In this document: one piece after another, positions 1-9,803 of the stretch
Layout: every line of letters begins with the position of its first letter
How positions within the stretch are numbered: the stretch's first letter is position 1
Assembly: GCA_949516455.1 (NCBI GenBank)
Contig: CATILC010000017.1
Location: 1 to 39,857, forward strand
Reading direction: 5' to 3'
Source: Flavobacteriia bacterium
GTDB taxonomy: Bacteria > Bacteroidota > Bacteroidia > Flavobacteriales > Schleiferiaceae
Length of the DNA stretch: 39,857 nt
Made by a program: the position numbers and the translations under genes
The notes under the pieces: generated by a model
The model's database searches: none
What the model saw: only the letters and a program-made list of their open reading frames with translations
Told to the model about the DNA's origin: nothing

Positions 1-1046
1 AAATTGGGGAATTCTTTTTCGATCCGACGGAAGTGCTCAATGTAGAACAACTCGCGCTTGGAACGTCCTCCGTACCAGTAGCTCACCTTTCGGCCGGTCT
101 TCAGCGTGTGGAAAAGGTGGAAGATGTGTGCACGAAGGGGTGCCATTCCTGCGCCCCCACCCACATAGACCATCTCTTTGTCCGTGTCCTTGATGAAGAA
201 CTCACCATAAGGTCCGGAAATGGTGCACTTGTCCCCTGGCTTCAGATCGAAGACATAGGAGGAGCACACACCGGGATTCACGTCCATCCAGCCATTTTTG
301 GCTCTGTCCCAAGGCGGCGTGGCGATCCGGATGTTCAACATGATAATGTTCCCTTCGGCAGGGTGATTCGCCATCGAATACGCACGGAATTGCGGCTCAT
401 CGTTCTTCATCTTAAGGTCCCACAGTCCGAATTTGTCCCACTCAGCCTTGAACTTATCCGCACCTGCTGGATCGTCTGGATGCGGAGCGATGTCCATGTT
501 CTTGAATTCGACATCGATCTCGGGCACGTCGATCTGAATGTATCCACCGGCCTCGAAGTCCATGCGTTCGCCTTCGGGGAGCTTGACCACGAATTCCTTG
601 ATAAAAGAGGCGACATTGTAATTGGAAACCACTTCGCACTCCCACTTCTTGATGCCGAAGATCTCCTCAGGCACCTTGACCTTCATATCGTTCTTCACCT
701 TGACCTGACAGCCCAAACGCCAGTCTTCAGCGATCTCCTTGCGTGTGAAAAAACCTGTTTCAGTGGGGAGGATCTCTCCTCCGCCCTCGTTGATCTGACA
801 TTTACACATGCCGCAGGTTCCTCCGCCACCACAGGCAGAAGGAAGGAAGATCTTCTGGTTTGAAAGTGTACTGAGCAGTGTGCTGCCCGATTCCACTTCT
901 ACCTCAGAACCATTGATATCGAGTTGAACCGGTCCGGAAGGTGCCAGCTTGGCCTTGGCCGTCAGTAGAAGGCTCACAAGGAGTAGGATCACCACAAAAA
1001 AGACGGCGATGCTGGTCAGGATGGCGGTAGTTGCTATGAGTAACAT
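1..1046 (-). CDS. nqrF: Na+-translocating NADH:quinone oxidoreductase subunit F. Partial: the C-terminus lies beyond the window edge.
   Basis: It is absent from the ORF track because it runs off the window. My minus-strand translation from the ATG at 1046 gives [17 protein letters not shown]. It contains the 2Fe-2S motif [17 protein letters not shown], the FAD motif [10 protein letters not shown] and the NAD motif [13 protein letters not shown], all in one frame. It lies directly downstream of nqrE. Confidence 0.95.
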   Translation of the reverse strand, partial: MLLIATTAILTSIAVFFVVILLLVSLLLTAKAKLAPSGPVQLDINGSEVEVESGSTLLSTLSNQKIFLPSACGGGGTCGMCKCQINEGGGEILPTETGFFTRKEIAEDWRLGCQVKVKNDMKVKVPEEIFGIKKWECEVVSNYNVASFIKEFVVKLPEGERMDFEAGGYIQIDVPEIDVEFKNMDIAPHPDDPAGADKFKAEWDKFGLWDLKMKNDEPQFRAYSMANHPAEGNIIMLNIRIATPPWDRAKNGWMDVNPGVCSSYVFDLKPGDKCTISGPYGEFFIKDTDKEMVYVGGGAGMAPLRAHIFHLFHTLKTGRKVSYWYGGRSKRELFYIEHFRRIEKEFPN

Positions 1047-1058
1047 ATCCTTTTTCTG

Positions 1059-1682
1059 TTAGAGTTTGATGCCCATGAAACTCATGAAGGCGATTCCCAT
1101 GAGTCCTGTAATGATGAAGGTGATGCCCAGCCCACGCAATGGAGCGGGAACATGGGAATATTTGATCTTTTCCCGGATGGCGGCAATGGCGACGATGGCC
1201 AAAAACCAGCCCACTCCCGAACCCAGTCCATAGATGGTGGCCTCACCAATTGTCGTAAATGCCCGCTCCTGCATGAAGAGTGCTCCGCCCAAGATGGAAC
1301 AATTCACGGCGATAAGGGGAAGAAAGATGCCCAATGCACTGTAGAGGGCCGGCGCGAACTTCTCCACGATCATTTCAACCAGCTGCACGATGGAGGCGAT
1401 CACCGCAATGAACATGATGAAACTCAAAAAACTCAGATCGATCTCCGCAAACTGCTCTCCCAAGCCCAGACGGGTCAAAGCGCCTTTTTGTAAAACGAAG
1501 TTTTCCAGCAACCAGTTCACCGGAACGGTCACACCCAGCACAAAAATGACGGCAGCTCCAAGTCCGACGGCTGTTTTCACCGTTTTTGACACTGCCAGAT
1601 ACGAACACATCCCCAGGAAGTATGCGAAGATCATGTTCTCGACGAAGATCGACTTGACGAATATGTTGATCAGTTCCTGCAT
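1059..1682 (-). CDS. nqrE: Na+-NQR subunit E
   Basis: 207-aa polytopic membrane protein. The N-terminus [33 protein letters not shown] is typical of NqrE/RnfA, and it sits in the nqr gene order. Confidence 0.95.
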   Translation of the reverse strand: MQELINIFVKSIFVENMIFAYFLGMCSYLAVSKTVKTAVGLGAAVIFVLGVTVPVNWLLENFVLQKGALTRLGLGEQFAEIDLSFLSFIMFIAVIASIVQLVEMIVEKFAPALYSALGIFLPLIAVNCSILGGALFMQERAFTTIGEATIYGLGSGVGWFLAIVAIAAIREKIKYSHVPAPLRGLGITFIITGLMGIAFMSFMGIKL

Positions 1683-1685
1683 GGC

Positions 1686-2366
1686 TTAATCCTCTATGAG
1701 TTTGGTGTTCTTTGCCCTTTGGATCCAGATGATCACCCCGACAGTGATCAGCGCCATGGGCGGCAGCAGCATCATGCCATTGTTTTCATAACCCAGGGCA
1801 TATAGGCCTGTCTTCGCGGCAGGATCGCCCAGCACCGGAATGCCGAAAAGCGTACCCGAACCAAGCAATTCACGGAAGAAGGCCACTGCTATGAGGATCC
1901 ATGCGTACCCAAATGCATTGCCCACCCCGTCCAAAAACGATTTCCAAGGCGTATTGGCCAGTGCAAAGGCCTCGAAGCGGCCCATGATGATGCAGTTGGT
2001 AATGATCAGCCCGACGAAAACAGACAGCTGCTTGCTCACATCGTACAAGAAAGCCTTGAGAAATTGATCCACCAGGATGACCAAAGAGGCGACCACCACC
2101 AGTTGAACGATGATCCGGATCCTTGATGGGATGAGGTTACGCATGAGTGAGATGACCACATTGCCCGCACCCATTACAAAGAGCACCGACATCGACATCA
2201 CAATGGCCGGCTCCAGCTTAACGGTGATCGCAAGTGCCGAACATATACCCAATACCTGAACGGTGATCGGATTGTCGTCGTTGAGTGGATTGGAAATGAG
2301 TTTCTTGTTCTTCTTGGAGAACAATGGCTCAGATTTCTTCTTTTCCAGTGTCTGTGTATCGCTCAT
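1686..2366 (-). CDS. nqrD: Na+-NQR subunit D
   Basis: 226-aa membrane protein with NPITVQVLGICSALAITVKL, typical of NqrD/RnfE. There is a 3-nt gap to nqrE. Confidence 0.95.
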   Translation of the reverse strand: MSDTQTLEKKKSEPLFSKKNKKLISNPLNDDNPITVQVLGICSALAITVKLEPAIVMSMSVLFVMGAGNVVISLMRNLIPSRIRIIVQLVVVASLVILVDQFLKAFLYDVSKQLSVFVGLIITNCIIMGRFEAFALANTPWKSFLDGVGNAFGYAWILIAVAFFRELLGSGTLFGIPVLGDPAAKTGLYALGYENNGMMLLPPMALITVGVIIWIQRAKNTKLIED

Positions 2367-2378
2367 GCGTACAGAGGA

Positions 2379-3122
2379 TTAATGTGAGGTTGCTGAAGCT
2401 TTGAACGAAGTGTAGGCCACTTGTGTAGCTCGTATTTCGTTATCGAAAAATGACTGGTAACCCTGAAGGCAGTCCTTGAGCATGGCATCCACACCCACTG
2501 AAGTGATGGTTCCGCCCGAGATCCCATCCACTTGGTGTGTGCCAGAGGCATCTCCTTTCCGAACTTCAATGCTCACGAACTGGGTACCCTCCATGATCTC
2601 CATTCCAGGGAATTGATCCTGGAAGATGGGCGTGGAGATCTCCGCCCCAAGACCGGGCGTTTCGCTCTTGTGACCGAAAGTGGCCCCGATCACTGTGTTG
2701 AGATCATCTTTCAGAGCGATATAGCCCCAGATCGGACCCCAGAGTCCCTTGCCTCTCAGAGGAATGATGTACGAGTTGGTATTGTTGTAGTTGGCGATGA
2801 AAAGTGGATACATACGCTCCGAAGGTGCCTTCTTGAGTTCCTCGGCCATATCCACACCAAAGGCCGACAAGCCATCGATCTTCTGATTCCCCTGGATCAC
2901 GATCTCCTGTGCAATATTCTCCTCATAGGCCTGAGCTGCATCCGCACGTTCTACTTCAAGTCCGATGGAGGCAAGGATGTTCTGCTTTTTCTCCTGTGCC
3001 ACATTCTCTTCCTGTCGATCCTTCAGACTGGTCGCTGTGAAGGAGAGCAATGCAGCCACCACGATCACCAGTACCGCAGCAAAACCAAAGGTGTAGCCAT
3101 TGCTGTTGACATCCATTTTCAT
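2379..3122 (-). CDS. nqrC: Na+-NQR subunit C (covalent FMN subunit)
   Basis: 247 aa with a single N-terminal TM helix. An FMN-attachment-like motif VDGISGGTITS lies near the C-terminus. Its start overlaps the nqrB stop by 4 nt. Confidence 0.9.
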   Translation of the reverse strand: MKMDVNSNGYTFGFAAVLVIVVAALLSFTATSLKDRQEENVAQEKKQNILASIGLEVERADAAQAYEENIAQEIVIQGNQKIDGLSAFGVDMAEELKKAPSERMYPLFIANYNNTNSYIIPLRGKGLWGPIWGYIALKDDLNTVIGATFGHKSETPGLGAEISTPIFQDQFPGMEIMEGTQFVSIEVRKGDASGTHQVDGISGGTITSVGVDAMLKDCLQGYQSFFDNEIRATQVAYTSFKASATSH

Positions 3123-4315
3123 GCGTTGGCGAGTTTAAGTCGTTTGGTCCTTCTATTGATATTGCCTTCCACTACATAGTGATCGATCAGCGGGGCAAAT
3201 ACATTCATCAACAGGATCGCGAGCATCATTCCCTCGGGATAGGCGGGGTTGAACACCCGGATCATGATGCCGAAGAACCCAATAAAGAAGCCGTACCAGA
3301 TCTTTCCTTTTTCTGTCTGAGCTCCGGAGACCGGATCAGTGGCCATAAAGACCGTGGCAAATGCCCAACTGCCGATGATCAGATGCTGCCAGTAGGGAAC
3401 CGCCATGAATGCCTGTTGCTCTGGTGAAATGGCATACTCCGCGAATGCGTTGAATATCAAGCCCATTGTGAGGGCGCCAACGGCCGAGAAGAACATGATG
3501 CGCCAACTCGCCACACCGGTGATCAGGAGGATCATGGCGCCAAGCAATATGGCGATCTTGCTCGTTTCACCAATGGATCCGGGAATGGTTCCGATGATCA
3601 TCTCCGCAATGCCCCAGTCGGCATAGGCTGTTCCTGCCTGGCCAGTGGTCGCGAGATTGCCAAGGATCGTGGCGCCCGAATAACCATCGACCACGGCCTC
3701 ACCGCCTGTATTGACCCAGACTTTGTCTCCCGACATCCAAGAAGGATAGGCGAAGAAGGCAAATGCACGGGCCGTCAATGCCGGATTCAAGATATTCATT
3801 CCTGTCCCGCCAAAAACTTCTTTACCGATCACTACGGCAAAGACTGTGGAGACGGCGACCATCCAGAGTGGAATATCCACGGGCATGACCAGGGGAATGA
3901 GCATGCCGCTGACCAGATAACCCTCGTTGATGCTGTGCTTGTTGATGATGGCAAAAATGAATTCGATGCCCAATCCGACGGCATAGGAGACAACGACCAT
4001 TGGGAGCACCTTCCACGCTCCGAAGATCATGAGATCAAGGAATTCCATTTGGTCTGCAACGCCCAGGGCCTTGTAGTGCTGCAAACCGACATTCCACATG
4101 CCGAAGAGCAAGGCAGGTGTCATGGCGAGGATGACTGTGACCATTGTTCTTTTGAGGTCCACACCATCGCGGATATGCGCTCCACTTTGAGCGGAATGCC
4201 CCGGAACGAATGCAAAGGTTTCAAAGGCGTCGTAGACAGGAAAAAACTTTTCCCACTTGCCTCCGTCGGTGAAATTCGGCTTCACCTTTTCGAATAGATT
4301 GTGAATGGCCTTCAT
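3119..4315 (-). CDS. nqrB: Na+-NQR subunit B
   Basis: 398-aa polytopic membrane protein carrying the covalent-FMN motif DGYSGATILG, in the nqr gene order. Confidence 0.95.
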   Translation of the reverse strand: MKAIHNLFEKVKPNFTDGGKWEKFFPVYDAFETFAFVPGHSAQSGAHIRDGVDLKRTMVTVILAMTPALLFGMWNVGLQHYKALGVADQMEFLDLMIFGAWKVLPMVVVSYAVGLGIEFIFAIINKHSINEGYLVSGMLIPLVMPVDIPLWMVAVSTVFAVVIGKEVFGGTGMNILNPALTARAFAFFAYPSWMSGDKVWVNTGGEAVVDGYSGATILGNLATTGQAGTAYADWGIAEMIIGTIPGSIGETSKIAILLGAMILLITGVASWRIMFFSAVGALTMGLIFNAFAEYAISPEQQAFMAVPYWQHLIIGSWAFATVFMATDPVSGAQTEKGKIWYGFFIGFFGIMIRVFNPAYPEGMMLAILLMNVFAPLIDHYVVEGNINRRTKRLKLANA

Positions 4316-4328
4316 GGCTGATGCTGTT

Positions 4329-5675
4329 TTAGCTCAATTCTTCTCTTACCATATCGAGTCCCTTACGGACCATGCTCTGAACAGGAAGTTTGGATGTACA
4401 TACGACCTCGCAAAGAGCAAAATCCTCTTCGGCGACTTCGTAGATACCCAGTTGTTCCATTTTTTCAATGTCCTCAACAAGTATGGATTTCAAAAGTTGA
4501 ACGGGATAGATGTCAAAAGGAAACACCTTTTCGTATTCACCAGTGACCACGAACGCCCGTTCTTCGCCGTGCATATTTGTATCCAGCGCATATTCCTTCT
4601 TGGGCTGAAGCCATGAAGGCAGGGTTCGGCTGTTGCTGAACTTTTTGGGGTCTGGAATGAGCCATCCAAAGAATTCAGGTTGCTCCCCTTCTGGTATAAT
4701 TGTGATCTCGGAATGATAGAAGCCGAGGTATCCGTCCATATCGGTCTTGTTTCCTGTCAGGACAGTTCCACTGATCACCCGATGGTCGCCGGACAATTCA
4801 TGTCCATCCAAAATGGACTTGATCGGCGTGCCAGGAAGCGTCTTGAAATACTTGCCCTGCTGCAGGGAATGGCCCGCCAAGGCCACCACCTTCGAAAAAT
4901 CTGCCTTCCCAGTGCGCAAGAGCCGGCCGATGGCGACCACGTCCTGTGGGTAAGCATACCAAACGACCTCGCCCTTATTCAGGGGCTCCACGTGGTGGAT
5001 CTGCACACCGACATTGCCTGCCGGGTGCGGGCCCTTGAAGCGGTTCACTTGGACACCTTCTGCTTTTTCAAAAAGGCTGTTCACCGGAGCACTGCTGTCC
5101 ACATTGAGATGAACTTTTCCGGAAGTCAGCGTCTTCATCGCCTCCAAGCCTTCCTGAAAATCTTCTTCACTGCCACTGAGTGTAAAATCCACATCAGCAG
5201 CCAAGGGCTCAGTATTGAAACAGGAAATGTGAATGCTCTTCGGTGCGTCCGAGGGGTTCGCGATCACCGCATAGGGACGCTGACGAATGAAAGGCCACAT
5301 GCCACTTTCGAGCAAGAGATCGATCAGGCCGTCTCTGTTTCCGGTATCCGGACGCTTGAATTCAGTGAACTTCTGCTCCTTGTCTGCAAGGATATGGATG
5401 GCCAGTAGCTTTCTTTTGGCGCCGCGTACAACAGCTGCGATCTCACCGCTTACCGGACTGCTGAATCGGACCCGCTCATCGTCCTTGGAAAAGAACAGAG
5501 GGTCTCCCGCGCAAACCTGATCGCCCTCCTTGACGAGCAACTTTGGCGTGATCCCAATAAAATCTGTGGGCTGTACAGCATATACACCTGTATCAGGTGC
5601 TTGGCTAAGGACTTTCTCCGCGGAACCTTTCAGTCGAATATCGAGACCGCGTTTGATCCTAATGTCTTTGGACAT
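4329..5675 (-). CDS. nqrA: Na+-NQR subunit A
   Basis: The ORF is 4329..5708. I prefer the internal ATG at 5675 (MSKDIRIKRGLDIRLKG, a typical NqrA N-terminus), because a perfect TAnnTTTG box lies inside the 11-codon extension. Confidence 0.9.
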   Translation of the reverse strand: MSKDIRIKRGLDIRLKGSAEKVLSQAPDTGVYAVQPTDFIGITPKLLVKEGDQVCAGDPLFFSKDDERVRFSSPVSGEIAAVVRGAKRKLLAIHILADKEQKFTEFKRPDTGNRDGLIDLLLESGMWPFIRQRPYAVIANPSDAPKSIHISCFNTEPLAADVDFTLSGSEEDFQEGLEAMKTLTSGKVHLNVDSSAPVNSLFEKAEGVQVNRFKGPHPAGNVGVQIHHVEPLNKGEVVWYAYPQDVVAIGRLLRTGKADFSKVVALAGHSLQQGKYFKTLPGTPIKSILDGHELSGDHRVISGTVLTGNKTDMDGYLGFYHSEITIIPEGEQPEFFGWLIPDPKKFSNSRTLPSWLQPKKEYALDTNMHGEERAFVVTGEYEKVFPFDIYPVQLLKSILVEDIEKMEQLGIYEVAEEDFALCEVVCTSKLPVQSMVRKGLDMVREELS

Positions 5676-5695
5676 TGGGTACTTTTTTTCCGGTT

Positions 5696-5703
5696 CAAAA
5701 TTA
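5696..5703 (-). promoter_or_regulatory. Candidate Bacteroidota -7 promoter box TAATTTTG for the nqr operon
   Basis: The minus strand reads TAATTTTG. It lies 20 nt upstream of the ATG at 5675. Confidence 0.35.
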
Positions 5704-5758
5704 GACATTTGTTGCGTTGAAAAAGAAGAATAGAACAGCTTTTATTGGCCTCCGATGC

Positions 5759-7063
5759 ATGGGTTATGAACAACCCTTTGCATTGATGGCATTCATACTG
5801 ACTTTGACCCTTTGTTTTTCAAGGATTTGTGCGGCACAAGACGCCTATGCTGAAGAATGGGGTACCCCGCTTGTCTACGATGATATTTCCTATTATCCGA
5901 GCATTCGCACAGTGCTCTTCCACCCCCTCAATGAGCCTCTGGCATTTCCTGCCATTGCGCTGGGAAGCAACGAGCAACTCTTGCTTCGCTTTGATGATCT
6001 CTTGGCACAGGGAAACACCTTCAGCTACACGCTGATCCTCTGCAATTCCGACTGGACTCCTTCAGCGCTGAGCAAGAGTCAATACCTGTCGGGCTATCAG
6101 AACCATCGCATTTCCGACGTCGATTATTCTTTCAACACCTTCGTTCCCTACAGCCACTATCAACTTCTTCTGCCGAATGCAGAAATGTCTGTCAATAAAA
6201 GTGGCAACTACCTCTTGGTGGTTTATGAGGGTGATCAGGAGTATCCCGTCCTGACGCGCCGGTTCGTGGTCTACGAGGAAAAGGTGCAGATCGGTGGCGA
6301 AGTCCGCAGGCCCAATCGCGTGGCATACCGCCAGACCCATCAGGAGGTCGACTTTATCATCAATCACGGGGAATACGACATTCCCGACCCATTCAACGAC
6401 CTGAACACAGTTCTGCTTCAGAACCAAAGATGGAAGACGGCCATCAGAGGGCTCAAGCCCAGATTTGTGCAATCTGGAAGACTGAATTACGACTATGACA
6501 GGGAAAACCTTTTTCCCGGTGGCAATGAATGGAGAAATTTTGACACCAAAGACGAGCGCAATCTGTCGCTCAATGTGCGGCGGATCGAATTGGATACCAA
6601 CTTCACTTATTTCATCCGAACCCAATATCCCCGAAGTATCGACCGGTACAGCACCGAATTCGACATCAACGGACAGCGGGTCATCCGCAGCACAGGCGGC
6701 AGCGTCCCCAACACAGAGGCGGATTATGTGTGGGTGGATATTGAGTTAAAAATAAGCGAAGCGCCTGCGGACCGAACCTACTACGTTCTTGGCGCATTCA
6801 GCGATTGGCGTTTCACTTCTGAGAACCGCATGACATTCGATTATGCGCGCAACAGTTTCCGCAGCAAACTGCTTTTGAAACAGGGCTATTACAATTATCA
6901 ATTTGCCGCATTGTCTGATGACCCAGAAGGATCGAGCAGCCCAGAGGGAGATCATTGGGAAACAGAAAACACCTATCAGCTCATCATCTACCACAGGAGC
7001 ATTGGTATCCGATACGATCGAGTCATCGGTTACAAAGAATTCAGTTCAGAAGACGTCTACTGA
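5759..7063 (+). CDS. Secreted protein of unknown function, DUF5103-like (possible T9SS plug-protein family)
   Basis: The ORF at 5717 starts on TTG; the first ATG is at 5759 (alternative 5786), followed by a hydrophobic signal-like segment FALMAFILTLTLCFSRICAAQ. The block SIRTVLFHPLNEPLAFPAIALGSNEQLLLRFDDL...FSYTLILCNSDWTPS resembles DUF5103 as I remember it. The family assignment is unverified. Confidence 0.7.
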   Translation: MGYEQPFALMAFILTLTLCFSRICAAQDAYAEEWGTPLVYDDISYYPSIRTVLFHPLNEPLAFPAIALGSNEQLLLRFDDLLAQGNTFSYTLILCNSDWTPSALSKSQYLSGYQNHRISDVDYSFNTFVPYSHYQLLLPNAEMSVNKSGNYLLVVYEGDQEYPVLTRRFVVYEEKVQIGGEVRRPNRVAYRQTHQEVDFIINHGEYDIPDPFNDLNTVLLQNQRWKTAIRGLKPRFVQSGRLNYDYDRENLFPGGNEWRNFDTKDERNLSLNVRRIELDTNFTYFIRTQYPRSIDRYSTEFDINGQRVIRSTGGSVPNTEADYVWVDIELKISEAPADRTYYVLGAFSDWRFTSENRMTFDYARNSFRSKLLLKQGYYNYQFAALSDDPEGSSSPEGDHWETENTYQLIIYHRSIGIRYDRVIGYKEFSSEDVY

Positions 7064-7124
7064 AGATGAAAGGGAATTCGTCCGGATTGAGTGCATTTTC
7101 AAAATGTCCGATTGAGCCATTGAC

Positions 7125-8117
7125 ATGCCGCTTCGGGCCTTGTTCAAACTTCCCGGACGCTTGATCTCCAAAGACCTCCATATAGCAGCCGAACTCCTCC
7201 GTTCGGGCCAATTGGTGGGCATTCCAACAGAAACGGTTTACGGGCTCGCGGCAAATGGCTGTGACCCAAAGGCGGTTGCCGGCATCTTCGACCTGAAAGA
7301 TCGCCCTCGCTTCGACCCGGTGATCCTTCACTTCGCCGACCCGGATCGAGTTGAACCCTACGTAAAAGGGAACATGGCCATGGCTCATTCGCTGTTCAGG
7401 GCATTCAGTCCAGGGGCACTGACCCTCTTGCTGCCCAAGACCGACAAGGTCTCCGATATCGTCACTGCCGGATTGCCAAAGGTGGCGCTGCGCATACCGG
7501 ATCATTCAATGACACTGGACCTCCTCAGAGAATTGCCGTTTCCCCTCGCGGCACCCTCCGCCAACCTTTTTGGCCGAACGAGCCCAACCCGACCCGAACA
7601 TGTTACAGAGCAATTTGGAAAGGAACTGCCCCTCGTACTCGATGGCGGAGCTTGCGCTGTGGGCATTGAATCCACCATCCTCGATATCAGCGAAAAAAAG
7701 CCCCTGATTCTTCGGCAAGGAGGAATATCTCAGGAAGCGCTCGAAGCCCATTTGGGGTACGCCATTGAATCCAAGCTTTCCTCTTCGCGGCCCGAAGCTC
7801 CGGGAATGATCCATTCTCACTATTCTCCCGGATGCCCGGTGGCTCTGATGAAAGATGATGTTTTCCCAAACGAAGGCTTCCAAGACGGTGACCGCATCAT
7901 TCGTTTCAGATCACTGTTGGACGGTGTGCCGGAAAAGGCTCAGATCATTCTCAGTACCCAAGGAGATGTTCGAGAAGCCGCAAGCCGACTCTTCAAAGCA
8001 CTGCACGATTCGGGAAGCACTGAACCTCGCGTAATATGGGCGGAATGCGTTCCTGAAAAAGGAGTAGGTCGGGCGATCAATGATCGCCTGCGCCGAGCTG
8101 CACGAGCACAGACCTAA
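7125..8117 (+). CDS. tsaC: L-threonylcarbamoyladenylate synthase (Sua5/YwlC type, YrdC domain plus C-terminal Sua5 domain)
   Basis: 330 aa. The motif [14 protein letters not shown] and the length fit the two-domain Sua5 form. Confidence 0.9.
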   Translation: MPLRALFKLPGRLISKDLHIAAELLRSGQLVGIPTETVYGLAANGCDPKAVAGIFDLKDRPRFDPVILHFADPDRVEPYVKGNMAMAHSLFRAFSPGALTLLLPKTDKVSDIVTAGLPKVALRIPDHSMTLDLLRELPFPLAAPSANLFGRTSPTRPEHVTEQFGKELPLVLDGGACAVGIESTILDISEKKPLILRQGGISQEALEAHLGYAIESKLSSSRPEAPGMIHSHYSPGCPVALMKDDVFPNEGFQDGDRIIRFRSLLDGVPEKAQIILSTQGDVREAASRLFKALHDSGSTEPRVIWAECVPEKGVGRAINDRLRRAARAQT

Positions 8118-8857
8118 GGATTCATCGGCTTTTTCCGGAGTTCGAAGTTCTTCCCCAGATAAACTTTCCGAACCTGTTCATCTGATGCAAGTTCTTCTGC
8201 CGTTCCGGATTTCAAGATGGACCCTTCAAACATCAGATAGGTCCTGTCCGTGATGGCGAGCGTCTCCTGCACATTGTGATCCGTGATCAAAATGCCAATG
8301 TTTTTCTTTTTCAAGCCTTCCACAATACCCTGAATATCCTCCACAGCTATTGGATCCACCCCGGCAAATGGCTCATCGAGGAGAATGAAACTTGGATCCA
8401 CAGCAAGTGCCCGCGCGATCTCAGTCCGCCTTCGCTCTCCCCCACTGAGAAGATCTCCTCTGTTTTTGCGAATGTGCTGAAGACCAAACTCATCCAGCAG
8501 TGATTCCAGTTTGGCTTCCTGCTCAGAACGGTCCTTCCCCGTCATTTGAAGAACGCCGAGGATGTTCTCCTCCACCGACAACTTTCGAAAGACGGAAGCT
8601 TCCTGTGCGAGATAGCCGATGCCCTTCTGAGCACGTTTGTACATCGGATCAGAAGTAATGTCCTCCTCGTCCAGCAACACACGCCCTTCATTGGGTTTGA
8701 TCAGGCCCACTGTCATGTAGAAAGAAGTTGTCTTGCCCGCTCCATTCGGTCCGAGCAGCCCGACGATCTCCCCTTGTTTGACCTGAAAGGACACACCTTT
8801 GACCACTGCACGCCCTCGGTATTTTTTGACCAAGTGCTCCACGTTGAGTGTTCTCAT
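8114..8857 (-). CDS. lptB: LPS export ABC transporter ATP-binding protein
   Basis: 247 aa with Walker [10 protein letters not shown], signature LSGGERRR and Walker [12 protein letters not shown]. LptB-like length and C-terminus. Confidence 0.88.
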   Translation of the reverse strand: MRTLNVEHLVKKYRGRAVVKGVSFQVKQGEIVGLLGPNGAGKTTSFYMTVGLIKPNEGRVLLDEEDITSDPMYKRAQKGIGYLAQEASVFRKLSVEENILGVLQMTGKDRSEQEAKLESLLDEFGLQHIRKNRGDLLSGGERRRTEIARALAVDPSFILLDEPFAGVDPIAVEDIQGIVEGLKKKNIGILITDHNVQETLAITDRTYLMFEGSILKSGTAEELASDEQVRKVYLGKNFELRKKPMNP

Positions 8858-9645
8858 CCGCTCACTGATTTTTGTTTTGCCTGCTGCCTCCTACTGATAC
8901 CGATCGATCCTTCGTACAAGAGCAGAACGGGCAGAGCCACGAGCACCTGGCTGAATATATCGGGTGGAGTGATCACAGCGGACAGCAAAAGAACGCCCAC
9001 TATGGAATGTCTTCGATATTTTTTCATGATCTCCGGAGTGAGAATACCCGCACGGGAAAGGAAGTATACCAGAACGGGGAGCTCAAACAACATTCCACTG
9101 GCCAAAGTGACCGAACTGACCGTGCGCATGAAAGAAACGAGATCGATCCGATTCACCACTTCTGCGCTGACGGTATAACTGCCTAAAAACTGAACAGACA
9201 GTGGAGAGATGAGCCAATAGCCAAAGGCGATGCCCAAGAAAAACAGAAGAGAACTGCCAAACAATACTCCGCGGCTTGCCCGACGCTCTTTCGCGGTCAG
9301 TCCCGGAGAGATGAATCGCCAAATCTCCCAAAGGGCATAGGGGAACGAAAGAACGATCCCGCCGAGTATACTGACCCATAAGTGGGTGGTGAATTGACCC
9401 GCCATTTTGGTGTTGAGCAATTCGAATGGCTGTTCACTGAAACAGAACAGACCGTTTTCCATGAACGTGGAAGAAAGGGCGCAAAACCAACGATAGGTAA
9501 TGAAGTCAGGGGCTCTCGGCGCGAGCAGCACGCCGTCGATGAAGATCGATTTCAACGCAAAAACAACTCCTCCTGTGACGAGGATGGCCAAAGCAATTCT
9601 GATCAGGTGCCACCTGAGCTCCTCCAAATGCTCCAAAAAACTCAT
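8854..9645 (-). CDS. tatC: Twin-arginine translocase subunit TatC
   Basis: [16 protein letters not shown] is a typical TatC N-terminus, and the protein is polytopic. The ORF extends to a TTG at 9675, with further ATGs at 9672, 9663 and 9660, so the start is uncertain. The stop overlaps the lptB start by 4 nt. Confidence 0.88.
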   Translation of the reverse strand: MSFLEHLEELRWHLIRIALAILVTGGVVFALKSIFIDGVLLAPRAPDFITYRWFCALSSTFMENGLFCFSEQPFELLNTKMAGQFTTHLWVSILGGIVLSFPYALWEIWRFISPGLTAKERRASRGVLFGSSLLFFLGIAFGYWLISPLSVQFLGSYTVSAEVVNRIDLVSFMRTVSSVTLASGMLFELPVLVYFLSRAGILTPEIMKKYRRHSIVGVLLLSAVITPPDIFSQVLVALPVLLLYEGSIGISRRQQAKQKSVSG

Positions 9646-9679
9646 CGACCGCTCCTTCATCATAATAACCATCAAATTT

Positions 9680-9687
9680 CAAAATTA
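9680..9687 (-). promoter_or_regulatory. Candidate -7 box TAATTTTG for tatC-lptB
   Basis: The minus strand reads TAATTTTG. It is 7 nt upstream of the ATG at 9672 and 34 nt upstream of the ATG at 9645. Confidence 0.35.
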
Positions 9688-9803
9688 ACCATGAGCAATT
9701 CCTTCTTCCCAACGCGAATTGCATTTCGCTGTCTTTCGTTACATTTAAAATGTCACTAAGGTGCCCGCGGGCCCCTGCCCCTATTCAATTGACACAAAAC
9801 TTC

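Noticed and set aside
33-863. 276-aa plus-strand ORF at the left edge
   Set aside because: It is antisense to a clean, motif-rich nqrF reading frame (2Fe-2S, FAD and NAD motifs). Its own translation is low-complexity (H/L/R/V-rich) with no motifs. It is a shadow ORF.
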